A DNA stretch of 62,443 nucleotides, counting the filler, from a bacterium (lineage in GTDB: Bacteria > UBA9089 > CG2-30-40-21 > SBAY01), in the NCBI GenBank assembly GCA_040757115.1. It is 6 parts of 6 records of this genome, joined end to end, with 100 filler letters (N's around TTAATTAATTAA, not from the genome) between each part and the next. Parts side by side here need not be neighbours in the genome. Positions count along the whole stretch, not along the records: positions 31,717 to 42,129 come from JBFLYA010000135.1; 5 more parts are not named here. One strand, given 5' to 3'. Shown piece by piece: positions 32,457 through 41,907 of this stretch. Every line of letters begins with the position of its first letter. Position 1 is the first letter of the stretch. The notes beneath the pieces were generated by a model. The model saw nothing but the letters and a program-made list of their open reading frames with translations, was not told where the DNA came from and did not search any database. The position numbers were made by a program, and so were the translations under genes.

Positions 32457-32777
32457 GTGAATATCAAATTTGTCCAGGAGTGTATTAATAATAAAGACTT
32501 TTATATAACATATCATGCTTTCCTAATGATGAATGAACGAGAGATTAAACGCTTTGAACTAATTAGATCTCTTTATAAAGGAGAAATTATCGAACGAAAT
32601 CCTGAGAGTAAACCATATCCTTCATTTTTAGTCCTTGGATGGTTAGAGTCAGGTGACCCTTTGCATATAAAATGTTCCCATTCACCTATTGGAAAGCGAT
32701 TAAGGATAGTTACAGTGTATGTCCCATCGGATGAAAAATGGGAGAAAGATTATAAGACAAGGAAGAAAAAGAGGTGA
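32457..32777 (+). CDS. DUF4258 family putative toxin
   Basis: T.HA..M.ER, PYPSFLVLG, PLHI, IVTVYVP...W. Confidence 0.8.
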   Translation: MNIKFVQECINNKDFYITYHAFLMMNEREIKRFELIRSLYKGEIIERNPESKPYPSFLVLGWLESGDPLHIKCSHSPIGKRLRIVTVYVPSDEKWEKDYKTRKKKR

Positions 32778-32783
32778 TTAACA

Positions 32784-33041
32784 TTGAGTAATGAGAAAGA
32801 ATTATGTGATTTCTGTGGGGGAGAACTTTTAAGTGGCAAGAAGAATTTGGAATTCAAGGTAAAGAATGAAATAATTCTATGTCGGCATATACCAGCTAAG
32901 ATATGTACAGAATGTGGAGAGGCTTATCTTGATGCAGAAACATCTGAGAAGGTAGAAATCTTTCTCAAGAATGCTAAGCAACTGAAACCTTTGGAATATA
33001 TTCCGATGGCAGTCTATGAATCATCGTTAGTATTAAGATAA
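32784..33041 (+). CDS. YgiT-type zinc-finger (MqsA-like) putative antitoxin
   Basis: CDFCGG...IPAKICTECGE. Confidence 0.8.
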   Translation: MSNEKELCDFCGGELLSGKKNLEFKVKNEIILCRHIPAKICTECGEAYLDAETSEKVEIFLKNAKQLKPLEYIPMAVYESSLVLR

Positions 33042-33082
33042 TAAATTAGATTCATCATTTCGGAGAAAAGGAGTATTTATAG

Positions 33083-33922
33083 ATGCAATACGGCTACTAT
33101 CCTGGTTGTTCTATCCATTCAGGCTCAAAGGAATATGGAGACTCTTTGAGGCGGGTAGGCGAGCCATTTAATATCATATTAGAAGAGATAAAGGGATGGA
33201 CTTGTTGTGTGCCGGTTGCTCCTCATTGCTGTTCATCATCGGTTTCTATTGCCCTGGCAGCAGCTAACCTGGCTAAAGCAGAAGAGCAAGGCTATAGCCA
33301 GGTAGTAGCCCCTTGTGCCGCTTGCTTTAGTCGATTGAAAGTCGCTACCTATGAAATCAAGCAGGATAAACAACTACAGGAAACAGTGTCTCAAGCATTG
33401 GGTTATGAATTCAGAAACTCTGTGGCAATACTCCACCCATTAGAACTATTCCCCCCAAAGCTTGATCATTGCCTCATCACCAGAGACCTCTCCAGGATAA
33501 ATGTGGTCTGCTACTACGGCTGTTTATTAACCCGCCCACCTAAGGTTAAGCAATTTGATTATGCTGAAAATCCTCAAACGATGGATAATATTTTAACTGA
33601 TATTGGTATGAATGTCCTTGATTGGTCATATAAAACCGATTGTTGTGGGGCATCTTATACCCTGCCTAAAAAAGAGATTGTATTTCGATTAACCAAACAA
33701 TTATTAGATAATGCCAGACAAAGCGGTGCAGATTGCATCTCTGTTGCCTGTCCCTTATGCCATCTTAATTTAGAATTAGTTCAGTGGGAGTTAAAGGAGT
33801 ACCATCTGCCGGTGTTCTATTTTACTCAACTAATCGGACTGGCATTTGGGCTAACCGAGAAGGAGTTGGGCTTGAACAGGCATCTAATAAAGGTAGATAA
33901 GGTGTTAGGGAAAATAAAATAA
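33083..33922 (+). CDS. hdrB: Heterodisulfide reductase subunit B-like
   Basis: YYPGCS, WTCC, YYGCLL, CCGAS, CPLCHLNL CCG domains. Confidence 0.9.
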   Translation: MQYGYYPGCSIHSGSKEYGDSLRRVGEPFNIILEEIKGWTCCVPVAPHCCSSSVSIALAAANLAKAEEQGYSQVVAPCAACFSRLKVATYEIKQDKQLQETVSQALGYEFRNSVAILHPLELFPPKLDHCLITRDLSRINVVCYYGCLLTRPPKVKQFDYAENPQTMDNILTDIGMNVLDWSYKTDCCGASYTLPKKEIVFRLTKQLLDNARQSGADCISVACPLCHLNLELVQWELKEYHLPVFYFTQLIGLAFGLTEKELGLNRHLIKVDKVLGKIK

Positions 33923-33934
33923 GAGGATAATTGT

Positions 33935-34210
33935 ATGAAGAGTGGATTAAAAGTGTCTCGGGAAGTAATATTGTCCTTTGTTGAAGGTTATAGAAAGGCT
34001 AATGAAGTAATTATGGCAGAGAAGAGAAAATGGTTATCCCATTTGTCAAGTCAAGATTCTCTTCGCATTTACGATAACCTTTGCAATTTCTGGGAACAAA
34101 ATTCTCATAAGGAAGGCATAGAAAAATTAGAAAGACAAAAAATCTCCTTTTTACTTAAAAAAAGAAGTATGTTTAACCATGTTAGTGGTTATAAACAGGG
34201 TGCTAAATGA
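33935..34210 (+). CDS. Hypothetical protein, putative partner of the nucleotidyltransferase
   Basis: 91 aa, 4-nt overlap with the downstream nucleotidyltransferase gene. Confidence 0.65.
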   Translation: MKSGLKVSREVILSFVEGYRKANEVIMAEKRKWLSHLSSQDSLRIYDNLCNFWEQNSHKEGIEKLERQKISFLLKKRSMFNHVSGYKQGAK

Positions 34211-34803
34211 ATCTACAAATTAAGGCTGCTGTAGAGATTCATCAATTCTTTACCAAAGTAGATATACCTTATGCCATTATAGGAGGCATTGCCCTCCAAC
34301 ATTGGGGAGAGCCACGCTTTACCCGTGATGTAGATGTTACTATTCTGGTTGATTTGGGGCAAGAAGAGGCAACATTAAAAAAGACATTATCTGTCTTTTC
34401 CCCTCGAATTTCTGATGCATTAGAGTTTGCTCTTAAACATCGTGTCTGTTTAGTTCAAAGTAGAGAAGGGATAGAAATAGATATTTCGTTAGGTATCCCT
34501 GGGTATGAGCAGGAAGTTGTAAAACGCGCAGTAGAATGCGATCTTGAAAGTGGAATTGTGCGGATATGTTCGGCAGAAGACCTCATTATTCATAAGGCAG
34601 TAGCAGGAAGACCTCAAGATTTACTTGATATTGATGGGGTAATTATCCGCCAAGGAAAGAGGTTAAATGTTGCGTATATCCGCCGGTGGCTTAAGAAATT
34701 TTCCCGCTTGTTGGAAATGGAAGAAATACTCCAGAGATTTGAGGAAGCCTGGAGACGATTTGGAAAAGGGGGTAGTGTCAAAAATAAATATGAACAGGGG
34801 TGA
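34207..34803 (+). CDS. Nucleotidyltransferase (AbiEii/DUF6036-like)
   Basis: IIGGIA...PRFTRDVD, EDLIIHK..AGRPQDLLD. Confidence 0.8.
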   Translation: MNLQIKAAVEIHQFFTKVDIPYAIIGGIALQHWGEPRFTRDVDVTILVDLGQEEATLKKTLSVFSPRISDALEFALKHRVCLVQSREGIEIDISLGIPGYEQEVVKRAVECDLESGIVRICSAEDLIIHKAVAGRPQDLLDIDGVIIRQGKRLNVAYIRRWLKKFSRLLEMEEILQRFEEAWRRFGKGGSVKNKYEQG

Positions 34804-34807
34804 GAAA

Positions 34808-35059
34808 ATGAGAAAGACAATTCTATTTCCAATAATAGTTGAATGTTTAGAAGAAGGTGGGTATTATGCTGAATGCCCTATTCTTCAAGGATGTCATGTA
34901 GAAGGGGAAACCTATTTAGAGGCGATAGAGAATATCCAGGATGCAATAAAAATATTCCGTGATTCTTATCAAGAATTGGGCAAAAACATTCCTTCACTTC
35001 CAATCTATGAAGGGAAGGTAGTGGTTACTTCGGGTATTCCTATGTTACAGGAAGTATAA
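34808..35059 (+). CDS. hicB: HicB-family antitoxin
   Basis: EEGGYYAECP.LQGC..EGET..EA..NI.DAI; start reset to MRKTILF. Confidence 0.85.
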   Translation: MRKTILFPIIVECLEEGGYYAECPILQGCHVEGETYLEAIENIQDAIKIFRDSYQELGKNIPSLPIYEGKVVVTSGIPMLQEV

Positions 35060-35293
35060 ATGAGTGACAAATTTCCTGCAATAACTGATAAAGATGTTAT
35101 AAGTCTCCTTCGCAAGATTGGATTTGAATTCTATCGAACAGCAAAAGGTAGTCACGAGGTATGGCGGAGAAAAAGCGATATGAGGCATACTATTATCCCA
35201 AGACACAGAGGGAAGATAATAAAAAGAAGGACTCTAAAAACTATACTGAATGATATTGGATTAACCATAGAAGAATTTAGGAGATTGGTTTAA
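35060..35293 (+). CDS. hicA: HicA-family toxin
   Basis: GF...R.AKGSH, IPRH, TLKTIL. Confidence 0.88.
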   Translation: MSDKFPAITDKDVISLLRKIGFEFYRTAKGSHEVWRRKSDMRHTIIPRHRGKIIKRRTLKTILNDIGLTIEEFRRLV

Positions 35294-35296
35294 AAA

Positions 35297-35476
35297 ATGG
35301 CAACGGAAATAAAAAATACAAAAATCGGTTCTTGTTTAGTGCTCGGTGGTGGAATTGGTGGTATGCAAGCCGCACTTGACCTTGCCAATAGCGGGATAAA
35401 GGTCTATCTGGTAGATACCAGACCCAGCATCGGTGGTGTGATGGCTCAGATTGATGAAGATTTTCGGATAAAATAA
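35297..35476 (+). pseudogene. Truncated duplicate of the hdrA 5' end (59 aa)
   Basis: [34 protein letters not shown]; 35363-35445 matches 36353-36435 with 4 mismatches. Confidence 0.85.
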
Positions 35477-35495
35477 AGAGGAGGTATGATGAGAA

Positions 35496-35780
35496 ATGAT
35501 TAGGATGGAAAAAGAAAGAATATCTGTAAATATTCCCTTAGAAATTTTACCTATAGTTGCAAAAAGGAGAAAAGATGCATCTACAAAAATTTTTGAATAT
35601 TTGATACTAGAACTCTACCGACTGGGTGAGATATCTAGTGGAAAGGCAGCTCAATTCCTTGAGATGGAACGAGTTGAGTTTATAAGATTTGCTTGCCGAC
35701 TGGGAATCCCATTTATTGATATGGACGAAGAGGAACTTTTAAAGGATTACACTAATGCCCAAAATGCAAGAGAAAAATAA
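35496..35780 (+). CDS. UPF0175 family putative antitoxin
   Basis: LYRLGEISSGKAAQFLEM...F. Confidence 0.82.
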   Translation: MIRMEKERISVNIPLEILPIVAKRRKDASTKIFEYLILELYRLGEISSGKAAQFLEMERVEFIRFACRLGIPFIDMDEEELLKDYTNAQNAREK

Positions 35781-36243
35781 AAAAATAGTAATTTCCAATT
35801 CAAGTTGTTTAATTATTCTTAAAAGAATTGGGAAAATAGAGCTCCTATCAGATCTCTATACAAGGATAATTATACCTCCTGCTGTAGAGCATGAGGTATT
35901 TGAATTTGAGTCTAAACCAAAATGGATTGAAACGGTTGAAATAAAACAATCTCTTGTAACAAAAATATTAGAAAAAACACTTGGTAAAGGAGAAAGTGAG
36001 GCTATTAATTTATGTTTAGAATTAAATGCACATCTTTTAATTATTGATGACCTTGCTGCGAGAAGAACTGCTTACGGATTAGGAATAAAATTTACAGGGG
36101 TAATGGGAATTCTTTTGGAAGCGAAAAGAGTAGGATTAATAGAGGAGATAAAAGGATTTTTAGACGAGATGAGAAAATACGATTTTAGAGTTTCTAAGAC
36201 AATATATGATTCAGTATTAAAGATTGCAAAGGAAAAAATATGA
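35755..36243 (+). CDS. DUF3368 PIN-domain putative toxin
   Basis: VISNSS.LI.L, LGKGESEAI, IDD..AR, G..GIL..AK. Confidence 0.85.
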   Translation: MPKMQEKNKKIVISNSSCLIILKRIGKIELLSDLYTRIIIPPAVEHEVFEFESKPKWIETVEIKQSLVTKILEKTLGKGESEAINLCLELNAHLLIIDDLAARRTAYGLGIKFTGVMGILLEAKRVGLIEEIKGFLDEMRKYDFRVSKTIYDSVLKIAKEKI

Positions 36244-36286
36244 GATAATTAAACTATTGTTCAAGTCTGGTTTTTCGGGAGAAGAA

Positions 36287-39200
36287 ATGACTAAAGTAAC
36301 TCAAAACTCAAAAACAGGCGTTTGTTTAATCATTGGTGGCGGTATTGCCGGCATGCAAGCCGCACTTGACTTAGCCAATAGCGGCATAAAGGTCTATCTG
36401 GTAGATACCAGACCCAGCATCGGTGGCGTGATGGCGATGCTGGATAAAACCTTCCCGACTAACGATTGTGCTATGTGCACGATGGCTCCCAGACTGGTTG
36501 AGATTGGCAGACATAAGGATATTGAAATAATTACCCTGAGCGATATAGAGTCTATTTCTGGGCAGGCTGGCAATTTTACGGTTAGATTGAATAAGCACGC
36601 AAGATATGTGCGTGAAGACAGATGCACTGGCTGCGGTGAATGTGAGACGGCCTGTCCTGTAGAAGTGCCGGATGAATTTAATTGCTCGCTTAACCAGAGA
36701 AAGGCAATCTATCGTCTTTACCCTCAGGCAGTCCCCAACTGGTTCACCATAGACAAATCCGAACATAAATCACCCTGTCGCCTCGCCTGCCCGGCCGGTT
36801 GTGATAATCAGGCATACATCGCCTTGATCAGTCAGGGAAGATTTAAAGAGGCAATGGAGGTTATTCGCCGCAGAATCCCCATTCCCTCGATATGCGGCCG
36901 TATTTGTAACGCACCCTGTGAGAGTAAATGTAATCGCAAGGATGTTGACGAACCCTTGAGCATCCGGGCATTAAAACGCTTTGTAGCTGATTATGAAAGA
37001 GTAAATGGTAGCTGGAAACCCTCTAAGGTTGAGGTGAAATACCCTGAGAAGATAGCCGTAATTGGCTCTGGTCCTGCTGGACTAACCTGTGCCTATAATC
37101 TGACTCAACGCGGATACCCGGTAACCATATTTGAGGCTTTACCGGTGGCAGGTGGTATGCTGCGGGTGGGTATCCCGCAATATCGTTTACCCGCAGAGAT
37201 TATTGAGTATGAAATCGAACAGATAAAAAACTCAGGGGTGGAGATACTAACTAATACCCCGCTGGGTCCAGATTTAACCCTGAATGACCTCTTTGATAGA
37301 GGCTATAAAGCTATCTTTATCGCTATTGGTATGCATCAGAGCAAGAGATTGAATATTGAGGGAGAGGATTTAGCCGGGGTTATCCACGGAACCTCCTTTT
37401 TGCATAGTGTCAAGCGGCATAGAGAGATAGACCTAACTGGTAAGGTGGTAGCGGTTATCGGCGGCGGCAATGTAGCTATTGATGTTGCCAGGGTAGCCCT
37501 GCGACTGGGAACAAAAGAGGTGAATATCCTCTATCGCCGCTCTAAAGAGGAAATGCCTGCTATCCCGCAGGAGATTGAGGATGCCGAGCATGAGGGTATA
37601 AAGATAGAGGTTTTAATCGCACCCAAACGCATTCTTACGAAAAATGGTAAGGTTAAGGGGATTGAATGCACCCGGATGAACTTGACCGAATTCTTTGATA
37701 AAAGCGGCCGGAGAATAGCTGAGCCAATTGAAAACTCCACCTTTGTTCTGGATGCAGATACGGTTATTATCGCAGTAGGGGAAGTGGTGGACTATTCAAT
37801 GGTTCAAGCCGCAGATGGGGTATTAATAACTGAGCGGGGCTTTTTAAAGGTTGATAGAACCACATTAGCTACAAATGTGCCTGGGATATTTGCTGGTGGT
37901 GATGTAATCGGGTTGTCTGGCATGGCAGTGGATGCAATTGCACATGGACACGAGGCAGCAGAATCCATCCATCGCTATCTGCAAGGGATGGATATGTCCG
38001 AAGGACGAGAAAAAAAGACCGAAGCAGAAGCAAGCCTGCCTCAAAGGGAGATTAAGATAGAGCAGAGACAACCAATGCCTAAATTGCTACCAGAGGAGCG
38101 AATAAAGGGCTTTGAAGAGATCGAATTGGGCTATTCTCAAGAGCAGGCAGTCAAAGAGGCAAAACGCTGCCTCAACTGCGGTGGCTGTTCTGAATGCCTG
38201 ATGTGCGTAACCGCGTGCAAGGCAGAAGCAATAGAGCACCAGCAGAAGCAAGAAGCCATTAATCTGGAGGTAGGTGCGGTAATCATAGCCCCTGGTTATG
38301 AAACCTTTGAGGCAAAACTGGCGGGTGAATACGGTTATGGCAGGTATCCCAATGTGGTCACCAGCCTGGAGTTTGAACGGATAATGGGTGCATCAGGGCC
38401 ATTTAGAGGAGAGATATTAAGACCATCAGATAAAACACATCCGCACAAGATCGCATTTATTCAATGCGTTGGCTCAAGGGATACGGAAAGGCCCTGGTGC
38501 TCTTCAGTTTGCTGTATGTATGCCACCAAAGAGGCACTAATCGCTAAGGAGCATCTGCCTGATTTGGAATGTAAGATATTCTATCGGGATGTGCGAGCCT
38601 TTGGCAAGGGCTATGAGACATATTATGAACGGGCGAAAAAAGAGGGGATAGCGTATATTAATCAGACGCCGTCAACCCTCAAGCAAAACCCTCAGACAAA
38701 GGGTCTGGTTATCCGCTATGGACTTTCTGGCGAGATAATCGAGGAGGAGTTCGATTTAGTCATCTTGTGTGTAGGTATCACACCACAACCAGTAAAGGCT
38801 ATTGCCCAGCGGTTGAATCTGCGGCTGAATGAGTTTGGGTTTATCCAGACCGATGCCTTCCTAAAAACAAATCTGGAGGGAATTTTTGCGGCGGGTGTAG
38901 CCACAGGACCAAAGGATATTCCAGAGAGTGTAATGGAGGCAAGTGCCTGTGCCTCTGAATGTCTGGGTCTGTTGTCTGAGGTTAAAGGGGCATTAGTCAA
39001 GAAGCAGGAGTATCCTCCACAGCGGGATGTGAGCCAGGAAGAGCCGAGGGTGGGTGTCTTTGTCTGCCACTGCGGCACCAATATCGCAGGTGTGGTAGAT
39101 GTCCCCAGCGTAGTTGAGTATGTACGGACATTACCCAGTGTAGTCTATTGTGAGAACAGGTTATATACCTGTTCAAGCGACAGTTGCGAGCGGATAAAGG

Positions 39201-40747
39201 AGGTTATTCAGACAGAGGGGTTAAATCGGATAGTAGTAGCATCCTGCACCCCACGCACGCACGAGCCGCTCTTTATGGAGGTCTTAAGAAATGCCGGGCT
39301 TAATCCCTACCTCTTTGAAATGGCTAATATCCGCGACCAAAACTCCTGGGTGCATAGACAAGAACCACAAAAAGCCACCCAGAAGGCAAAGGACCTGATT
39401 AGAATGGCTCTGGCTAAAGCCCGTATGAATGAGCCGTTGTATCCAAGCTATTTAAAGGTCAACAAATCTGCCTTAGTCATTGGTGCTGGCATAGCTGGAT
39501 TAACCGCAAGTATCGAAATAGCCCGACAAGGTTATCAAGTTCATTTGATTGAAAAGAACCAGGAAATTGGCGGATATAACCAAAGGATTAAATATCTTCT
39601 TGGAGCAGAAAGAAATAAATTATGGGAGAAAGTAGTTAGTGAGGTCAAAAATCACCCAAAGATAAAGTTGTATCTCAATACCCAGCTGGTAAATATCGAA
39701 GGAAGCGTAGGAAACTTTAAAACACAATTGGCGGTTAATGGAACGACTGCAGAAATAGAACATGGTGTAGTTATCGTAGCTACGGGCGCAATAGAATACA
39801 AACCAACTGAATATCTCTACGGTCAAGACGAACGCATAATAACACAACTTGAATTAGAGGAGCGATTAGCGAATCTCGAACCCCGAGCCCCGAGTCCCGA
39901 GCCCCGAGTCCCGAATACCGTAGTGATGGTACAATGTGTTGGTTCACGCGAAGAAGAGCGAATGTATTGCTCACGGGTATGTTGTCAGGAGGCAATTAAA
40001 AACGGATTAAAGATAAAAGAACTCTATCCGCAGGCAAATGTCTATATTATATATCGTGATATTCGTGCTTATGGATATTATGAGGAATATTACCGCCAGG
40101 CAAGGGAAAAGGGAATTAAATTTATCCAGAGGCAGGATAATGAAAAACCGCAAGTTGAGTTGAGAAATGGTAAGATAAATGTTTCTGTCCGGGACATGCT
40201 TTTGGGGATGAGAATAGATATACCCGCAGATTTAGTTGTTCTTTCTTCTGGCACGCAAGCCAATGAATCAAACAAGGATATTGCTCAGAAATTAAAGGTG
40301 CCGTTAAATGAACACGGCTTTTTCTTAGAGGCACATATGAAGTTAAGGCCTGTAGATTTTGCTACTGAGGGAATTTTTGTTTGCGGCACTGCCCATGGAC
40401 CAAAAACTATCCCTGAATCCATTATCCAGGCGATGGCGGCGGCGGCAAGGGCATCGGTGATACTCTCTAAGGATGAACTGGAGATAGACCCAAGGATAGC
40501 TGAGGTAATAGAGGCTAATTGTGATGGCTGTGCTTATTGTGTTGACCCCTGCCCGTATAAGGCAATTACCTTAGTTGAATATGAGAAGGATGGAGCTATC
40601 AAAAAGACGGTTAAGGTAGATATTGCCAAATGCCATGGCTGTGGGGTATGTATGGCTACCTGTCCAAAGAAAGGGATATTTGTGAGAGGGTTCAGGCTTG
40701 AGCAGATTGTAGCACAGGTAGAGGCGGCATTGGAGGTAGGAGTATAA
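36287..40747 (+). CDS. hdrA: Large HdrA-family flavoprotein with an inserted GltD-like NAD(P)H-binding module
   Basis: DKTFPTNDCAMC, SPC..ACP, CGRIC..PCE, GSGPAG, GGGNVA, two QCVGSR motifs, several ferredoxin motifs. Confidence 0.9.
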   Translation: MTKVTQNSKTGVCLIIGGGIAGMQAALDLANSGIKVYLVDTRPSIGGVMAMLDKTFPTNDCAMCTMAPRLVEIGRHKDIEIITLSDIESISGQAGNFTVRLNKHARYVREDRCTGCGECETACPVEVPDEFNCSLNQRKAIYRLYPQAVPNWFTIDKSEHKSPCRLACPAGCDNQAYIALISQGRFKEAMEVIRRRIPIPSICGRICNAPCESKCNRKDVDEPLSIRALKRFVADYERVNGSWKPSKVEVKYPEKIAVIGSGPAGLTCAYNLTQRGYPVTIFEALPVAGGMLRVGIPQYRLPAEIIEYEIEQIKNSGVEILTNTPLGPDLTLNDLFDRGYKAIFIAIGMHQSKRLNIEGEDLAGVIHGTSFLHSVKRHREIDLTGKVVAVIGGGNVAIDVARVALRLGTKEVNILYRRSKEEMPAIPQEIEDAEHEGIKIEVLIAPKRILTKNGKVKGIECTRMNLTEFFDKSGRRIAEPIENSTFVLDADTVIIAVGEVVDYSMVQAADGVLITERGFLKVDRTTLATNVPGIFAGGDVIGLSGMAVDAIAHGHEAAESIHRYLQGMDMSEGREKKTEAEASLPQREIKIEQRQPMPKLLPEERIKGFEEIELGYSQEQAVKEAKRCLNCGGCSECLMCVTACKAEAIEHQQKQEAINLEVGAVIIAPGYETFEAKLAGEYGYGRYPNVVTSLEFERIMGASGPFRGEILRPSDKTHPHKIAFIQCVGSRDTERPWCSSVCCMYATKEALIAKEHLPDLECKIFYRDVRAFGKGYETYYERAKKEGIAYINQTPSTLKQNPQTKGLVIRYGLSGEIIEEEFDLVILCVGITPQPVKAIAQRLNLRLNEFGFIQTDAFLKTNLEGIFAAGVATGPKDIPESVMEASACASECLGLLSEVKGALVKKQEYPPQRDVSQEEPRVGVFVCHCGTNIAGVVDVPSVVEYVRTLPSVVYCENRLYTCSSDSCERIKEVIQTEGLNRIVVASCTPRTHEPLFMEVLRNAGLNPYLFEMANIRDQNSWVHRQEPQKATQKAKDLIRMALAKARMNEPLYPSYLKVNKSALVIGAGIAGLTASIEIARQGYQVHLIEKNQEIGGYNQRIKYLLGAERNKLWEKVVSEVKNHPKIKLYLNTQLVNIEGSVGNFKTQLAVNGTTAEIEHGVVIVATGAIEYKPTEYLYGQDERIITQLELEERLANLEPRAPSPEPRVPNTVVMVQCVGSREEERMYCSRVCCQEAIKNGLKIKELYPQANVYIIYRDIRAYGYYEEYYRQAREKGIKFIQRQDNEKPQVELRNGKINVSVRDMLLGMRIDIPADLVVLSSGTQANESNKDIAQKLKVPLNEHGFFLEAHMKLRPVDFATEGIFVCGTAHGPKTIPESIIQAMAAAARASVILSKDELEIDPRIAEVIEANCDGCAYCVDPCPYKAITLVEYEKDGAIKKTVKVDIAKCHGCGVCMATCPKKGIFVRGFRLEQIVAQVEAALEVGV
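39875..39916 (+). repeat. Six in-frame heptamers (CCCGAGY) inside hdrA
   Basis: ctcgaac cccgagc cccgagt cccgagc cccgagt cccgaat = LEPRAPSPEPRVPN. Confidence 0.85.
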
Positions 40748-40761
40748 AAAGGAGTAAGCAG

Positions 40762-41184
40762 ATGAATGATAACCAAGCATTCGAACCATTAATACTGACT
40801 TTTTGTTGCAACTGGTGTTCTTATGCCGGGGCAGACCTGGCAGGGATATCAAGATTACAGTATCCCCCTAATAACCGTATTATTCGGGTGATGTGTTCTG
40901 GAATGATTCACCCTAATTTAGTCATCGATGCCTTAACTAAGGGTGCGGATGGTGTCCTTATCTGTGGCTGTCATATTGGTGATTGCCATTATCTTGAAGG
41001 AAATCTTAAAGCCCAAAGCAGGGCAGAGGCTATCCAGTTAATGCTGGATGACTTTGGAATTGAACAGGAGAGATTTAGGTTAGAATGGGTCTCTGCGGCT
41101 GAAGGACAAAGATTTGCTCAGGTGATGACAGAATTTACTGAGACGATAAAAAAATTAGGACCAAGCCCATTTTCGAGGAATTAA
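40762..41184 (+). CDS. mvhD: Methyl-viologen-reducing hydrogenase delta subunit (MvhD/FlpD)
   Basis: CCNWCSYAGAD, RVMCSG, GCHIGDCHY, WVSAAEG. Confidence 0.93.
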   Translation: MNDNQAFEPLILTFCCNWCSYAGADLAGISRLQYPPNNRIIRVMCSGMIHPNLVIDALTKGADGVLICGCHIGDCHYLEGNLKAQSRAEAIQLMLDDFGIEQERFRLEWVSAAEGQRFAQVMTEFTETIKKLGPSPFSRN

Positions 41185-41203
41185 TTAGGGATAGAGGATA
41201 ATA

Positions 41204-41833
41204 ATGTTGGTTTTTGTTGATGAGTCTGGAGATACAGGATTCAAAATAGATACTGGCTCAAGTAAATATTTTGTTGTCTCTTTGGTTGTATTTGAGGATG
41301 AAGATGAGGGTTGTGCTTGCGATAACAGAATTTCGCTTTTGAGGAGAGAATTAGGATATTCAGAATTTTTTGAATTTCACTTTCAAAATAACTCAAAACG
41401 AATACGAACAAATTTTCTCCAGGCAGTAGCACCGTATAATTTCTTTTATTTTGGTATTGTGTTGAATAAAAACCCAAACAGATTATATGGAGAAGGATTT
41501 AAGGTTAAAGAGTCTCTTTACAAATACACCTGTGGACTGGTATTTGAAAATGCCAAACCATACCTGAAGGAAGCGATTGTTATTATTGATAAAAGTGGTT
41601 CATCCCTATTTCGTTATCAATTGGCTAATTATTTAAAGAAAAAGATAAATACTAAAGAAATAGGTGTGATTAAAAAGGTAAAAATGGAATCATCAAAAAG
41701 TAACAATCTATTACAATTGGCTGATTATGTAGCAGGGGTAATAAATAGAAAGGTTCAAAGGAAACAAGACGCTGTCTTTTATCATAAGTTTATAGCTACA
41801 AAGGAGATGTATGTTCAAGTGTGGCCAAAATAA
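41204..41833 (+). CDS. DUF3800 domain protein
   Basis: N-terminal FVDESGD, EFHF, C-terminal S....LLQLADYVAG. Confidence 0.85.
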   Translation: MLVFVDESGDTGFKIDTGSSKYFVVSLVVFEDEDEGCACDNRISLLRRELGYSEFFEFHFQNNSKRIRTNFLQAVAPYNFFYFGIVLNKNPNRLYGEGFKVKESLYKYTCGLVFENAKPYLKEAIVIIDKSGSSLFRYQLANYLKKKINTKEIGVIKKVKMESSKSNNLLQLADYVAGVINRKVQRKQDAVFYHKFIATKEMYVQVWPK

Positions 41834-41901
41834 AAACCTGAGTTCCTACCCTTTCTGGGACGCCCACCATAAAGGTGACTAATCAGAACTCAGGTAATTC
41901 C
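41832..41901 (-). ncRNA. Candidate ~70-nt structured RNA convergent with the DUF3800 gene
   Basis: 10-bp closing stem (41836-41845 / 41886-41895), two inner hairpins, U5 tail, perfect promoter upstream. Confidence 0.65.
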
Positions 41902-41907
41902 ATATAT

